DNA of 57,125 bases. It comes from Emiliania huxleyi CCMP1516 (Eukaryota). The position numbers and the translations under genes were made by a program. Numbering within the stretch: position 1 is the stretch's first letter; every line of letters begins with the position of its first letter. The DNA is taken from positions 160,361-217,485 of the forward strand of contig NW_005201223.1 in the NCBI RefSeq assembly GCF_000372725.1, read 5' to 3'. Positions 23,310 to 36,395 of the stretch are shown here, one piece after another. The notes beneath the pieces are model-generated. The model saw only the letters and a list, made by a program, of their open reading frames with translations. It searched no databases and had not been told where the DNA came from.

Positions 23310-25195
23310 ATGGTCGCGTTGCTGCTTTACGTCTTCGGCCAACGCGTCCGTCAGCCGCCAACTCTCAACCACTGCAGTCGAGCGGGCGTGTTTACGAACG
23401 GGGCTAGGGCGGCTCGTGAGTGCCTGTTCCCTCCACCGCTCTGGACTTACGTGTCGCCTTCGCCTCAGGGGATGCGCCTCCTGGTGTTCTGCTCGCCGTT
23501 TCTCGCTCTCATGCCCGGGCTCGTGCTGCTGGGGCGCGCCTTCACCAGCTGGCACCACCGCATACTGGTTGCGTGCATCGCGCTAGCCTGTGCACGAAGC
23601 GGTGCGCTGCGTGCCGAGGCTCCTCTCATCCACAACCACCCGCACTCCTCCCATCCCCTCCCGCTCCGGCCTCCCGTCTTAAAGGATTCCGCCTCGCGGC
23701 AACGTGCGGGACGACGCCGCACAAGGAGTCCGACTACTCCGGGCAGGCCAACGCGTTCCAGTGGTTTTATCTCGCCGTCGTCTGTCCGTGCTACATCACC
23801 TCCCTCTGTGCTGTCGCGAGCTACTCGCACCCGCTCTCACTGTGCGTGGCGTTGTTCGCTGCGATCTGGTTCAAGGTGGCGGTCTGCATGTCGCTCTGCC
23901 TCCACCGCTACGCCGCCCACGCCGCCTTCCAGTGTGAGGGCGCCACGCAGCTCGCGTGCGGGATCTTGGGGTGCCTCGCCTTTCAAGGTGGGCTGATGCG
24001 AGAGCCCCCGGCCTGCCCCACCCCACAGCTACAGCTGCTGGCCAGCTCATCGGGCGGGGAGTTGACTGTCAGGGGGCCCGCTCTGGTGGGCGGCAAAGCA
24101 CCGCTCGCACCACAAGTACTGCGACGTCGACTCGCGCGACCCGCACTCTCCCGCTCTGATCGGAGACGCGAGGTGAGGCCCCCCCCCCCACACACACCAC
24201 CTGCCCTTTGAGCCCGCCCACACTTCACTGCGGCTTAGATTGCTGGTAGAGCCTCGCAGGCACTGTACGGAGCTCACTAGTGCGGCTGGGTGCTGCCATG
24301 GTATGGCCTCAGCCCCCTTCCCGCCTCACTTGCCTGACGCTTGCCCCCCCGCCCGCCAGTGCTTTCACCTTCTTCATCGCGGGCGATTCGGACGACGCCT
24401 GTGCGCGGATGCAGGCCGTCGACGAGGACTTTGTCCCGGCGCGTGCCCTCTACCCGAGATATAGCTACGCCGAGACTCAGCCCAGATACAGCCGACACAC
24501 AGCCGAGAGCGGAGGGAGGACTTTGTCCCGGCGCGTGCTCTCTACGCCCTCCCCAGCCCCTCTCGCCATCGCCGGCCCTGCAACCCCCTTCGCACCCTCG
24601 CGCCCTTGTTTTCCGCGCAGGCGCACGCAGACTCGCGCACCATGCGCTGGCTAGACACGTTCGGCGGCGTCCTCTTCCCGGCGCTTGAGTTCCTCGCCGC
24701 CTTCCAGCTCGGCGGAGACGCCGCGCTGTGGGTCAGCTTCTGCTCCTCCGCCCTCTGCCAGAGCGGCTCCCTCTGGTTCAACGGCGCGCCGCGGCGGCCC
24801 TCCTCGCGCCTCCGCCCAACCTCCACCCCCTCCCCCGCTGATCTCCAACCTCCCCCCCCGCCGCCCGCCCGCCCCTCCCCGCCGCAGTCAAGAACCACCC
24901 TCCGCACGGGGCACCCGAGTGCTCCGCCACGGCGCAGACCCCAGGTATCCTCGGCGTCCTCGCCGGCCGCGGCCGAGGCAGCGAGGCCATCACCGTCGTC
25001 TGCGACGCCGTGACGGCGCTGATTGCGCCCCTCGCCGGCGAGGGTACCCACGACCACCACCACAAATACCCCAGGCTCGCCGTGCGCCCCGGTGCCGACC
25101 TCTGTCGGTATGTGGTTGCCGCCGCGAGCGCCGCCGGCCTGATCCACAAGGTGCACTGGCTCGGACGAGTCGACGACTCGTCCAAGGCCAATTAG
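23310..25195 (+). CDS. Membrane fatty-acid desaturase, delta-9/ADS-like, multi-exon
   Basis: His boxes LHRYAAHAAF, WWAAKHRSHHKYCD..RDPHSP and GEGTHDHHHKYP. Start codon and N-terminal exons uncertain. Confidence 0.85.
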
Positions 25196-25846
25196 CGCGG
25201 CGCCCTCTCTCGCGCGCGCCCTCTTTTTAGCTCTGCCGGCCTCTGTACTATCGCCGTGCGCGCCGACAGAGGCGCCAGCGGTGTCTGTTACTGTTACACC
25301 ATGCTGCCCCAGCTCTCGGGGGGCACCTTTGTCCAAATGCTAGTCCAAATGGAATGCAAACCGGTGTGTGTGATATTTTTCTGTCCCCGCTTTACGTGTC
25401 CTCGTCGTAACCTCTCGAGGGTCCGCTACGTGTACATGTACATGTAAAATGTGCACTCTTCGGTATAATGCGGCTTACCAAACGCCAGCAATACTGTAAT
25501 AAACACTTCTCTCTAGGCGTAAGGGAAACCCATGGAACTGCCCAAACTCCAGACCGTACCTCAAACTGTGCGCGCCATCTTGCGGATCGCAGCGTGATGT
25601 CGGTCTCACCAGCAGCCGGCCTCAGAAACCCATCGCCTCCACCCACTCCTCGAGGGCGCGGAGGCGCGGCAGGAGGGCGAGGCTCTGCGGTTGCATCCCC
25701 GCCGCCTCCTCGAGTTGCCTATCCACAAGTGGGGGCACGGCGTGACGAGGCGCCGCCCGCCGCGTCCCGCCCGCCGCCGTCCTCGACTCTGCCTCAGGCG
25801 CGGGATCGGCGGCCCATCGCTCTCCAGCCCAAAGCGAGCCTACTCT

Positions 25847-28800
25847 TCACGCCGGCGCGCGTGAACGGCGTCCGACCTGCCGACCGCTCGCCCCCTCAAG
25901 CGCCAGCGAGGCCTCGAGAGCGAGGATCCGCGCCACGACACTGCCCCCGCCGGAGGGAGGAACGCCGGAGGGAGGAAGGCCGGAGGGAGGAATGGGCTCG
26001 CCCGCGGCTCGGTGCGCCGCGGGAGAGCTCGCCACCCTCGCAGCCGCCGCCTCCGCCTCGTCGGGCGCGGGCGGCGCCTGCTCGCAGGGAGAGGGGTGAA
26101 GAGCGCGTGAGTGCAGCGGCCTCCGCCTCCGCGCGGGCGGCGCCGAAAGCACGAAATTGACGAGGCCACGGAGCAGCTCCTCCTACTCGCGACGGGGAGC
26201 CGTGAGGAGAGCGTAGCAATGCGAGCGGAGCCAGCAGCCCACAGCGCGGCGCTCCTCCTCCGCTTCGCTGGCAGCCTTCTCCGCCTTGGCAGCCTCCGCC
26301 TCCGCCTCCGCTGCCTTCGCCGCCTCTGTCGCCTTTGCCGCCTCCACTGCCGCCGCTTGAGCCGCCACTCGCGCCATCTCCAGTCTCTCCGCCACCAGTC
26401 GCTGCGCCTCTAGTCGCTCCGCCGCCGCCCGCCGCACCGCCTCCTCTCGCTCAGCCTCCTCCACGGCCGCCACGGCCGCCGCCGCCGCCGCCGCCTCCGC
26501 CGCCTCCGCCCCATTCTCCTCCGCCTCCGCCGTCTGGACTGCGCCGCTCCGCTCCGCCTCCCGCTCCGCCTCCCACACCTGTTGACAGGGCAAGTGTGAC
26601 AAGGCGCGGCTCACACGCCTCTCGTGGAAGCACCGCGTATTGCACCAGCCGCTCCCGCCTCTTCGCCTCTCGCCTCTTCGCCTCCCGCCGGCTCGCCTCC
26701 TCGCGCCGCCGCCGTGCTGCCTCCTGCACAGCGGCGTCGGCCGCCGCCTCCTCGCGCGCGGCGCGCTCCTGTTCACAGTGACCAGCCTGTGAGCAGCGCC
26801 TGCCCACAGGTCGCCGCCTCGGGCGCGCGGCGCGCTCCTTCGCCGCCTCCTCCTCGTGCCGCCGCCGCGCCTGCTCTTGCTGAAACGAGCTGAGCAGGCG
26901 GTCGTCGCGGCTCTGCCCGCGCCTCTCGTCGCGGCCAAGCAGCCCGTCCTGCGCGTTGCTCCAAGGCGTCGCGACGTGAGCTCCCGACACGATGCGCGGA
27001 AGCGCGACCTCCCCGCCCGCGGGCTCCTCCTCCCTCTCGTCGCCGTCGCTGCCCTCCGGCCCGCCCTCCTCGCCCGGCGGCGGTGACCGCGCACCCGAGG
27101 GCGGAGTCCGCGTCCGCTGGCGCCGATCCCCTCGCCCGCGTCGGCCGTCGCGCGCCTGCGCCGTCCCAAGATGAGCCGGGGTGAGCCGAGGTGGAGTCAA
27201 GGTGAGCCGAGGTGAGAACCAGCGCGCCTTTGCCCTCCGTTGCTCCGCCGCAACCAGCTCCTGCGCAGAGCGCGCCGCCGCCTCGGACCGCCAGCGCTGC
27301 GGCGCGCGCACCACCCACGCGGCGCGTGAGAGCGCCGAGAGGGCGGGCGGGGCGAGCTTGGCGTAGGCCGGCCGGTAGACTGAGCGCGCGAGCCGCGCGA
27401 GGAAGTCGCGGGCATGGCTTGCGGCGTCGAACAGGAAGAAGAGCGGGCGGAAGATTTGGAAGAGGGCTCCTTCCGGAAGGAAGAGACTCCCGACGTAGAT
27501 CGCGAGCAGGGCCACCAGGAAGGCCGCGACCTCTGCTGCCAGTTCCTCTGGCGCTGTCACAGTCGAGTAGGCCTTCGTGTAGTCGGCGAACACCACCGCA
27601 AAGACCTTTGAGACGTAATGGGCGATCCACGAAGGAATGCCGAGCCAGTACAGCACAAATCCCGGAATGTGAAACGCAATGCACGCGCCAAACGCGGCCG
27701 ATCTCTGGTGACTGTCCGAGCTCGTTAAGTCGTCCAACTGCTGCAGCGGCGACACGAAACAAAGAAATATCGAGGCGGATGAGGCCATTGCCAGGACGGG
27801 CGGCGGCTTGGCGAACAGGAGCTTGAAACCGATCGCAATCGACGCGTTGCTGAGGAAGTGAATGAGTATCCAATACACGAGAAGCAGGTAGGGGATCAGC
27901 GAGGCGACAAGGGGCACCCGGCTCAAGCGATTGAGCGTCGCCAGAGCTCCATCCCTAGCCTCGCCATCCGGCAGCCATTCAATCGCGCACAGCAATAGCC
28001 AGATGATTAGCGTGCTGAACGCCTGGACTGCGACAAACTCCCAGTTGACGCTGCCACCGCTGTGGAAATCGGCTGGCACAAATGACGCGACGGAGTCAAC
28101 GATCCACGACGAGCCGCCCATCCACCAAAGCAGCAGGCCAGGGAGGTGGATAGCGAGCCCGCAAAGTAGCAGGTTTACGAGATTCACTTTTGCAGCTTGG
28201 CTCCGCATCTCCGCCGATGGGGCCCATTTCACGGCGGCGTCCGAGGCCGTCCACAAGCACACAGCGGCGCCAAGGCAGGAAGAGGACACGGCAAGGATCG
28301 GTGGTGGGTGGGTAAGAAGATACGCCAAATGGGGTGCGAGGAGCAAATTGTTGCTGACAATATCGAGCAGCCCCCAGCTGAAGCGGAGGTACGTCGTCAT
28401 CAAGACCATGCCATGCCGTGGAGAGGCGAGGGGAAACTTGCACGCGTACCACGCGAGCAGCTCTAGGGCTCTCTCCACGTCGACCACGGTCAGCAGCAGC
28501 CAGATTGCTAGCGAGAAGATCATATCGACTCGGGGCAGCAAAAACGAACCAAGCAGGCCGTAGACGAGGATCCAGGTGTTTGGTGGAAACCCGAGGCCAT
28601 TATCGAACCAGTAGCCGAGATCGAGGAGACTGTCGTGTTCGTTCGTCAAGAACAAGAGCCAAACATAGCCAACCGCTGCGTATTCGATGGTGAGCTTAAG
28701 GTACCCGACCCAGATGAGCGGCCCAGGGAGCAGCAGCAGCAGCACCTTGATCGGCACTTCGGCCGTGCTTTGGAAGAATAGTGGCATCGTTTCCAACTCC

Positions 28801-30539
28801 CTAGCGCGCATGGAGGCCGCCAGGAGTAGCACTCCCCCGCCCAGAGCGATCACGGCCAGGAAGCACCTGTCGAGCAGGTAAGCGCAGAGACCGTAGTTCA
28901 CCCAGCACGTCACGCTCGGCATATTTCCCACAAGAATGAGTGTCGCAGCGACGCCGAGGGCGAACTCCTTCTCGCTAGCGAGGCCGACGGAGAGCCAGAT
29001 GGCGTGCTGCAGCCAGCGGGACGCGCTGGTGAAGCGCGTGCGGGGGGAGTAGACCCAGCGGTTGCTGTCCCTAGGCGGCGCCGCCAGGGCCTGCACCGCC
29101 GCGCGAGCCAGCTCTGCCAGCTCGGGATCGGAGAGGCGCTCCCCCATCATACCGAGCTCCCGAGCTGAGGAGAGCGAGGTGGTGACAGAACCAAGTGGTG
29201 TGGCGGGGGGGTGGTGTAGCAGGTCGATGATGGCTCCTATCGGATCTCTACGCGATCGGATCGCTTCCGGTACTTTTGGGTTTGCCTGGATGCACCGAAA
29301 CGTGGGCATCAACATCGGGTTGGCCATCGCATGCACGAGCGAGTATACTTGTACATCAGTGGCCATTTTTTCTTTGCTGCCGTGACCAACACCACGCCTC
29401 GGGTCGACGAGCGAGAGCATTAGCCGCTGCAGCACGACCGTACTGGGCGCCGCAGCCAACGCATGGCGAAAGTTCAGCACGAACGGCAGGTCCCAGTCGA
29501 ACTGCCAGCCCCAGCAAGTCAAGGTGTACGACACTTGATCGAGCAGCGTCTCGGCGTCGGAAGCGGTCGTCTCGTTTGTCGTGTCGGATCCGCATCGACG
29601 ACGCAAGGCTCTGTAGCACCAACGCACGACGAAGACGACGGCGGCAATCAAGTCCAAGAGGATGCAACCCGCCACGCCCGCGGTGTTGAAGAAGAACACG
29701 TGCACCAGCGCCATGAAGCAGAAGGATCGGGTGTAGACGGACGGCAACTCCGAGACATCCTGCCGTAGGAACAGCTCTGGGAGGTAGCTGGCGGTCGAAG
29801 TCTTGTACTGGTGCTGCCAGGCCAAAGTGGACTGGCACAGCGCGGCTTCGTGCGTCTTGCCGCTGCGGTCGCTCTCGTGCACGTACAACCTTCGCGGCAG
29901 GCAGGTGCGGGAGTAGAAGCTGGCCAGCGTCAAGAGCCACAGCCAGGTAGTCGCTGCGCTGGGGTAGGCCCAGACGGCAAAGTACGACAGCGCATCCTCC
30001 TCCTCCTCCGCGTCGAGGTCGTCGGGCCTCTGAGCTGCCACCGCCCGCTGGACTGACTCCCAAAAGGCCTGCTGGTTTGGCAAAGGCTGCGCGCCAATAT
30101 TCTGCTCGCACAGCGCCTCGAAGTCTTGCTTCTCCAGACACCCATGGCACCGAAGGCCGCGCGTCGCGAGCCAGTTTCGTAAGGCGCCGAGGCCCAGCGT
30201 GCGGCAATCGTCGACGCCGTCGAGCTCGGCATTCACCTCATTCGCGTTGTTCTCCGCATCTCTGAGCGCCTTTGTCACCGCAGAGTGGCCGTACTTGTTC
30301 ATCGCCCGCTTCACCGCTCGCGGCACCGACGGAGCGGTGGAGAAGATGACAGCGAGATCGTCAGCGAGATGTGCGTCGCTGTAGATGACAGACAGTCGCT
30401 CACTCGCCGCGTGCTCCGCCAGCGCAGCTCGCAGCCCGTCGAGTTGATGAAATGGAGCGTCGGGCCACGACGTCCGCCATTCGATGAGCTGCCATGAGAA
30501 GCTGGGAGTCACGAGCACCGCCCAAATCAGGAGCCACAT
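25847..30539 (-). CDS. Large multi-pass membrane protein: signal peptide, MANF/ARMET-C-like CxxC motif, many TMs, C-terminal coiled coil
   Basis: MWLLIWAVLVTPSFSW, LRNWLATRGLRCHGCLEKQDF, long hydrophobic region, E/A/R-rich tail across short introns. 3' end uncertain. Confidence 0.7.
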
Positions 30540-30927
30540 CGCGGCTCTTGGGCCTGAGCTTTTGGCGCCGCGCCGCGCCCGAGGCAGAGAAGAAAAAATG
30601 GTGTTCGCCTCCTTACACAGCGTCTCTGCGTGGACTAGTGGCAAGCTGACCCACCAAGAGTGCCGTGCGTGCGCGAACCATGTGATGTCTCGTCGGGCAG
30701 TGCCCGATCAGAGGACAGTGAATCTGGACAGTGCTCATATGCATATCAAGCACGGCACCTACGCTGGGGTGCGGCGCGTTTTGACTTTAGCTTCACGGTG
30801 GTGTGGTAGATGTGATAATCGGTTCTAGTCAATAAATCAAAAGAACCATCAGAATCACTTTCTGATTCCTGGAAGGCGTGACTCCCGCCAGCAGCGGCGG
30901 GCTCGCCACAACAACTCCTTCGGAGCA

Positions 30928-33110
30928 ATGAACGCGCCCCATGCGCACGGTCTACGCATACGCCACCGCCTCAACATCACCATCAGGCCCGCAGCGCAGG
31001 CAGCCTCCCCTATCGCGCCCATCGCGCGTGGCTTCTACTTCAAGGAACAAGGACCGGGTGCCCACCGGATTCGCAACCCCATTGTGAACGGCACACACCT
31101 CCGTGCGGCGCCGCCCCGTGTGCCGGGCCAAATGACGGCGTCGGGGAACGGCACGCTCCCCCGCAACGCGCCTCTTGCGTATCCTGCGGCCATGGAGGAG
31201 TTTGCAAAGTACCGCGCCGCCATCGACGCCAAAATAATGTCGCGGCCTCGGCGTGGGAAGGTGTGCTGCTTCAAGCTCCAGTCTGCAATTTCCTTCGATT
31301 GGCCTGACCCACTGCCCGCCTTCGACCGTCTTGCCTCCATGTCCCCCGACAGGCGCGCCGCCGCCGGGTGGCGGTGGGACCCCTCCCCTGCCCCTGGCAC
31401 TGCCACGAACAAAACCTGTACCCCCCCCCCTCTATCTCTCTCGCAGGCGAGAGGGAAGCACAACTCAAGTTATGGGCTTGCCCATCCCGGAGTGGTTCGA
31501 ACCCACACAAACCCGGAAGGTGATGGACGCGTCGTGTGGTGATCTCAGGCCCAGTGAGGTAGTGCGCCTGACCACTCCTGATCATGCTGACCAAGCTCCT
31601 TCTTGTAGCTCGATCGGTCACACCGCCATCGCCGTCGGGGAGAGAGGGGACGACACTGCTTCGGCAGCGTGCACCTCGATCCTGTACCGTATTTGTTATG
31701 ACCCCCCCAATGAACACACCAGTGAGGGAGGGCGAGACGATCGAGGGGTCCCGTACCATGCGGAATCGACCCTATCAAGTGCTCAAGTGCTCAACAACGA
31801 GCTGCCGTGGAGCGTGGTGGAATAAGGTGCTTCTGCGGATGAAGCGCGACGCGATGCTTACCAAAAAGGCATGGCGGAGGCGGAGGCCGCCGCAGCCGCG
31901 CTCACAGCGCTCGGCGTCGCTCCGTAGGAGGACGTGACCGTCCATACGGTGAACGAGCTAGCGTGCGGGGAGAGCGGCATTGTCCACGGTGCGGAGTGCA
32001 TTGCCGTTCTTAACGGAGTCGCGCTTAGGCGGCTCCGGTGGTGAGCTGAGCCCTGGCTGTCAGGCTGTCAGGTGCTGTCAGGTGATCTGTCAGGCTGTCA
32101 GGCACTGTCAGGCACTGTCAGGTGCCTCTGTCAGACCAGCTGTCAGGTGCTGTCAGTGCTGTCGGGTGCTGTCGGGTGCTTGTCTGACATCAGAGGGGCT
32201 CCGTAGCTGTCGGGTGCTGTCGGAGCTGTCGGGTGTTGCTGTCAGACGCTGTCGGAGCTGTCAGAGCTGTCGGGCTGCTGCTGCTGTCAGACGTTGGGCT
32301 GTTGCTGTCAGGTGCTGTCAGGTGGTGCTGTCGGGGTGCTGTCAGGCTCTGACACACACCAGCCACACTTATGACACTATCAAGAGGAGACCAGCAGGAC
32401 TCTACTACACATACTCTGAGCCTCTCCTCCTTCACGGCGTGATCACGCCGGCGGCGGCGGCCGCCTGGGGAGCGCAGATGGCGGCGCAGGCGCAGGCGGC
32501 GGCGGCGGCAGCGCGGCACAGACGGCGGCGGCCACCCCCACCCAGACGCCGTAGGCATATGACTGTAGGGCCCCAGAAGGCTAGCTGGTAGCTTCATTTG
32601 TAGTAGCACAGCCGCCGGTGCTAGAGAGAGAGGTCCGCAGAGGTGGGGCGGGAGGGTTGAGAGAGAGACCCATGACCATCCCATGACTGCATGGACCACA
32701 CTCACATATACATGTGTATGTCTTTGCATGTTTTGTTATACCCTCATGGGGCGCAAGAAAGAGGCTGCACGGCTGTGTACGGTCTGTGCTGCTGTCGGGC
32801 TGTCAGCGCTGCTGTCAGGCCACTGTGTGCTGTCGGGCTGTCAGGCAGCTAGCTGTCAGGCTGTCACGTTAGGGTCTGACAGCGACGGAGCCCCTCTGAT
32901 GTCAGACTCTGCTGTCAGGCTGTCAGATACGTGCTGTCAGACTGTCAGAGAAAGTGCTGTCAACGCTGTCAGGCTGTCGGGCCCACTGTCAGGCGCTGTC
33001 CGGGTTTGCTGTCAGGCTGTCAGACCAGGGCTCAGGTGGTGAGCCGGTGTGTGTGCCAGTCCGCGCCAGTCCGCGCCCTTGCTTGTCGTGCCGTGTGGTG
33101 TGAGCACAGC
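30928..33110 (+). mobile_element. Degraded retro-like element (broken ORFs + module B), interrupted by a MITE
   Basis: Frameshifted ORF pieces. 31750-31795 is repeated at 41759-41803. Module B is split at 32045/33036. Confidence 0.5.
32046..33035. mobile_element. 990-bp MITE with 11-bp TIR and 8-bp TSD
   Basis: TIR ctgagccctgg/ccagggctcag. TSD gtggtgag at 32038-32045 and 33036-33043. GCTGTC(A/G) arrays and an internal IR (~32182-32211 vs ~32878-32907). Confidence 0.92.
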
Positions 33111-33175
33111 CGGGGAGTAAGAAATCGCGGGAATAGGATTGGCACACCCGTCGGCTACAACTCTTTCTGGACGGC

Positions 33176-34645
33176 ATGAGCGCCATCCTCCCAACCCGCC
33201 TCGTCACCACTGTGCTGCTCCGCTGTCAATCCGCCCGATTATCTACGTCAACACAGCCCTTGCGAATCGCCCTGCTTCTCGGCAGCACACGCACCGAGGG
33301 TCCTCCCAAGCCGGCCAACGTCGGTGCCCGTGTCGGTGCGTTTGCGGCGGCTGCACTGACCGGCCTCGGCCACACCGTCGACACGGTGGACCCGATCGTG
33401 GAGGAGCTTCCGCTTTTGGTCCGCGCGTGCCATGCATCATGCAGAAGCGACACGCTTGCCCACCCGCCCGATCCTCACGCCAGTCGCACACCGCTGCACG
33501 CTCAACCCATCACCGGCTTCTCCCCACGGCCAGGTGAAGCCGCAGTTCGCGTACGCGGCGGGCAAGGCGCCCCCCTCGCTCGACGCGCTGTACGACCGCC
33601 TCCTCGCCGCCGACGCCTATGTCATGGTGACGCCCGAGTACAACCACGCGCCCTCACCCGCCCTCGTCAACATCCTCAACCACTTCGGTCGCCGCCACAC
33701 GCTGCCTGGCTCCCGTTCAAGACACGCACATATTACATGCACAGCATTGTCCGACACGAACGCGTCCGACCCCCGCAGGGTCGTCCGTCTTCTCCTTCAA
33801 GCCCTCCGCCATCGTCTCGTACTCGCAGGGCCAGTGGGGAGGCTGCCGCGCCGCAGTCGGGCTGCGCCCCATCCTGAGCGAGCTCGGCGAGATGCAGCCG
33901 AGATGCAGCCGAGATGCCGAGACGAAGCCGAGACGCCGAGACGAAGCCGAGACGCCGAGACGAAGCCGGGATCGGGCCGAGATCGAGCCGAGGTCGAGCC
34001 GAGATTGGGGTGGAGCCGGGCTGCAGATGGCTACCTCTCGCCCTCACCAGCCCTGGCCCACACGCCTCCTCCAGGCTGCCTTCCAGTCTCCGCGATGGTG
34101 CACGTGCCGCGGGCGCACCAGGTGCCGACCATCCTCACCCACACACCCGCCTGCCCGCCCGCCTTCGCCGCACCTCCCGCCGAGGTCTGTCAGCGGACGG
34201 CGCGGCCCGTGTTCCCCCGGGCAGGTGCTCGACGAGACGGGGACCCCGACGGGCGGGGCAAAGGAGGCGGAGCGGTGGCACGGGCGAGCGACCCCGCCCG
34301 TACTCTCCACCTCGCATACACCTCGGTTGTACCTGCACCTCGGCTGCACCTCGGCTGCACCTCGGCTGCACCTCGGCTGCACCTCGGCTGCACCTCGGCT
34401 GCACCTCGGCTGCGCCTCGGCGCGGCTAGTTGGCTCGTAGGAACCCACCAGACAGACACGGCCGCGATCTGGCCGAGGAGTCGCCGAGGATTAGCCGAGG
34501 GGACGTTGGTAGGTACGCGCACCGCACGTGGTCGCAGCTTCAGTGGTGGGGGACTGCCGCAAAGCTGCACAAGCAGAGTAACGACCCCTTCGCTGCGTCG
34601 CCCGCCTTCCTGTCCGATCCGGCGCAGAGGAACGCCGCCGCGTGA
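33176..34645 (+). CDS. NAD(P)H-dependent FMN reductase, multi-exon
   Basis: LLGSTR, ADAYVMVTPEYNH, KPSAIVSYSQGQWGG.RA, LSELG|CLPV. Confidence 0.92.
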
Positions 34646-34773
34646 CCGGCGGGGGAGGAATGGGCCCGGTGGGGTGGGGCAGGCGCGTTGCGAGAGAGGG
34701 CCTGAGTTGGCAAGTTGCTACTTGAAGATTATCGCGGAAGAAAACATTTACTACATGCTCGGCTCTGTAATCT

Positions 34774-36153
34774 ATGCGCACAGACACGTCGCCGCCAACC
34801 CGCCTCCTCGACCTCCCCACGGAGCTTCTCGAGCGCGCCTTCTCTCGCTGCGACAGCCCCTTCGACATCGCTCGCGTCGAGGCCGTCTCGCTTCTCTTCC
34901 ACGCCTCGCTCGCGGAGGAGGGCCTCCGCTTGTGGGCGCGAGAGCGCGGCTTCGAGCTGCCGGCGCAGCCGGAGGACGAGAGCTGCACCGTGCGGTGGCT
35001 GTGCTTCGCTGCGCTCCTGTGCGAGGCTAACCCGCCGGCGAGGGCGGCGGCAGGCGATCGGCACAGCCTCTTCATCGACGGCGAGGGGCGGCTCTCGTCG
35101 TGCGGCTGCGCCGCTAGCTGGGCCACCCCAGGCCTCCTTGGACACGGCGAGGGCGTGACGCGGCTCAATACGCCGACGCGCCTCCCCTCTTCGCTGGGCG
35201 ACGAGCGCGCCGTGAGCGTTTCGGTTGGAGGATACCACAGCCTCGCCCTCACCGCCGGCGGCGCCGTCTGGAGCTGGGGCTCGGGGAGAGCCGGCCGGCT
35301 TGGCCACGGCGACGAGCAGAGCCAGTGGCAGCCGAAGAAGGTCGAGGCCTTGGCTGGCCAGCGCGTCCTCACCTTATCGGCTGGAGGGGCTCACAGCCTC
35401 GCCGCCACCGCCGACGGCACCGTCTGGAGCTGGGGCGGTGGGGACTGGGGCAAGCTGGGCCACGGCGACACCCAGAGCCAGCTGCTGCCGAAGAAGGTGG
35501 AGGCGTTGGCTGGCCAGCGCGTCGTCGCCGTATCGGCTGGGTTGCAGCATAGCCTCGCCCTCACCGCCGACGGCGCTGTCTGGAGCTGGGGCTGGGGAGG
35601 CTTTGGCGAGCTGGGCCACGGCGACGATCAGCAGCTGCTGCTGCCAAAGAAGATCGTGGCATTGGCTAGCCAGCGCGTCGTAGCTGTCTGGGCTGGATGG
35701 TTCCATAGCCTCGCCATCACCGCCGACGGCGCTGTCTGGAGCTGGGGCGATGGAGGGGAATGCCGGTTGGGCCACGGCGACGAGCAGGACCAGTGGCAGC
35801 CGAAGAAGGTCGACGCCTTGGCTGGCCAGCGCGTCATCGCTGTGTCTGCTGGGGCTCGCCACAGCATCGCCCTCACTGTCGAAGGCACTGCCTGGAGCTG
35901 GGGCAGTGGAGATGATGGCCAGCTGGGCCACGGCGACGAGAAGATCGACCGGCTGTTGCCGAAGAAGATCGAGGCCTTTGCTGGCCGGCGCGTCGTCGCT
36001 GTCTCGGCTGGAATGGCGCACGGCCTCGTCCTCTCCGCCGACGGCGCTGTCTTTACCTGGGGCGAGGGCCGCCACGGCTGCCTAGGCCACGGAGAGGACC
36101 TGTCGAAGCAGCTGCTACCCAAGAAGATCGAGGTGTGGGCGCCGGGGCAGTGA
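34774..36153 (+). CDS. F-box-like + RCC1-repeat (beta-propeller) protein
   Basis: LLDLPTELLERAF followed by 7 repeats of VSAG..HSLALTADGAVWSWG.G..G.LGHGD. Intronless. Confidence 0.92.
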   Translation: MRTDTSPPTRLLDLPTELLERAFSRCDSPFDIARVEAVSLLFHASLAEEGLRLWARERGFELPAQPEDESCTVRWLCFAALLCEANPPARAAAGDRHSLFIDGEGRLSSCGCAASWATPGLLGHGEGVTRLNTPTRLPSSLGDERAVSVSVGGYHSLALTAGGAVWSWGSGRAGRLGHGDEQSQWQPKKVEALAGQRVLTLSAGGAHSLAATADGTVWSWGGGDWGKLGHGDTQSQLLPKKVEALAGQRVVAVSAGLQHSLALTADGAVWSWGWGGFGELGHGDDQQLLLPKKIVALASQRVVAVWAGWFHSLAITADGAVWSWGDGGECRLGHGDEQDQWQPKKVDALAGQRVIAVSAGARHSIALTVEGTAWSWGSGDDGQLGHGDEKIDRLLPKKIEAFAGRRVVAVSAGMAHGLVLSADGAVFTWGEGRHGCLGHGEDLSKQLLPKKIEVWAPGQ

Positions 36154-36395
36154 TGAGATGACGGGTCTCGTGCGCAAAGGCGAACACACAGGCTGTCACA
36201 CACGCCACGAGAACGGTCGAGCGAGACCGGCCCGCCGATTTTTTCTACATTTTAGCGACTGCTCCCTTAAAAAGCCGTAATTTACTCCAGAGAGCGAGGC
36301 TATCTTTCCGTGCGCATGGTCCATGGAGGAGTAATAGGGGTGAGGGTGAGAGCTGAGACCGATCGGCTGTCGCTCCGGTCTTGTGAGATGAGTGA

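Noticed and set aside
34774..36153. UVR8 photoreceptor
   Set aside because: Lacks the repeated GWRHT motifs and has an F-box-like N-terminus
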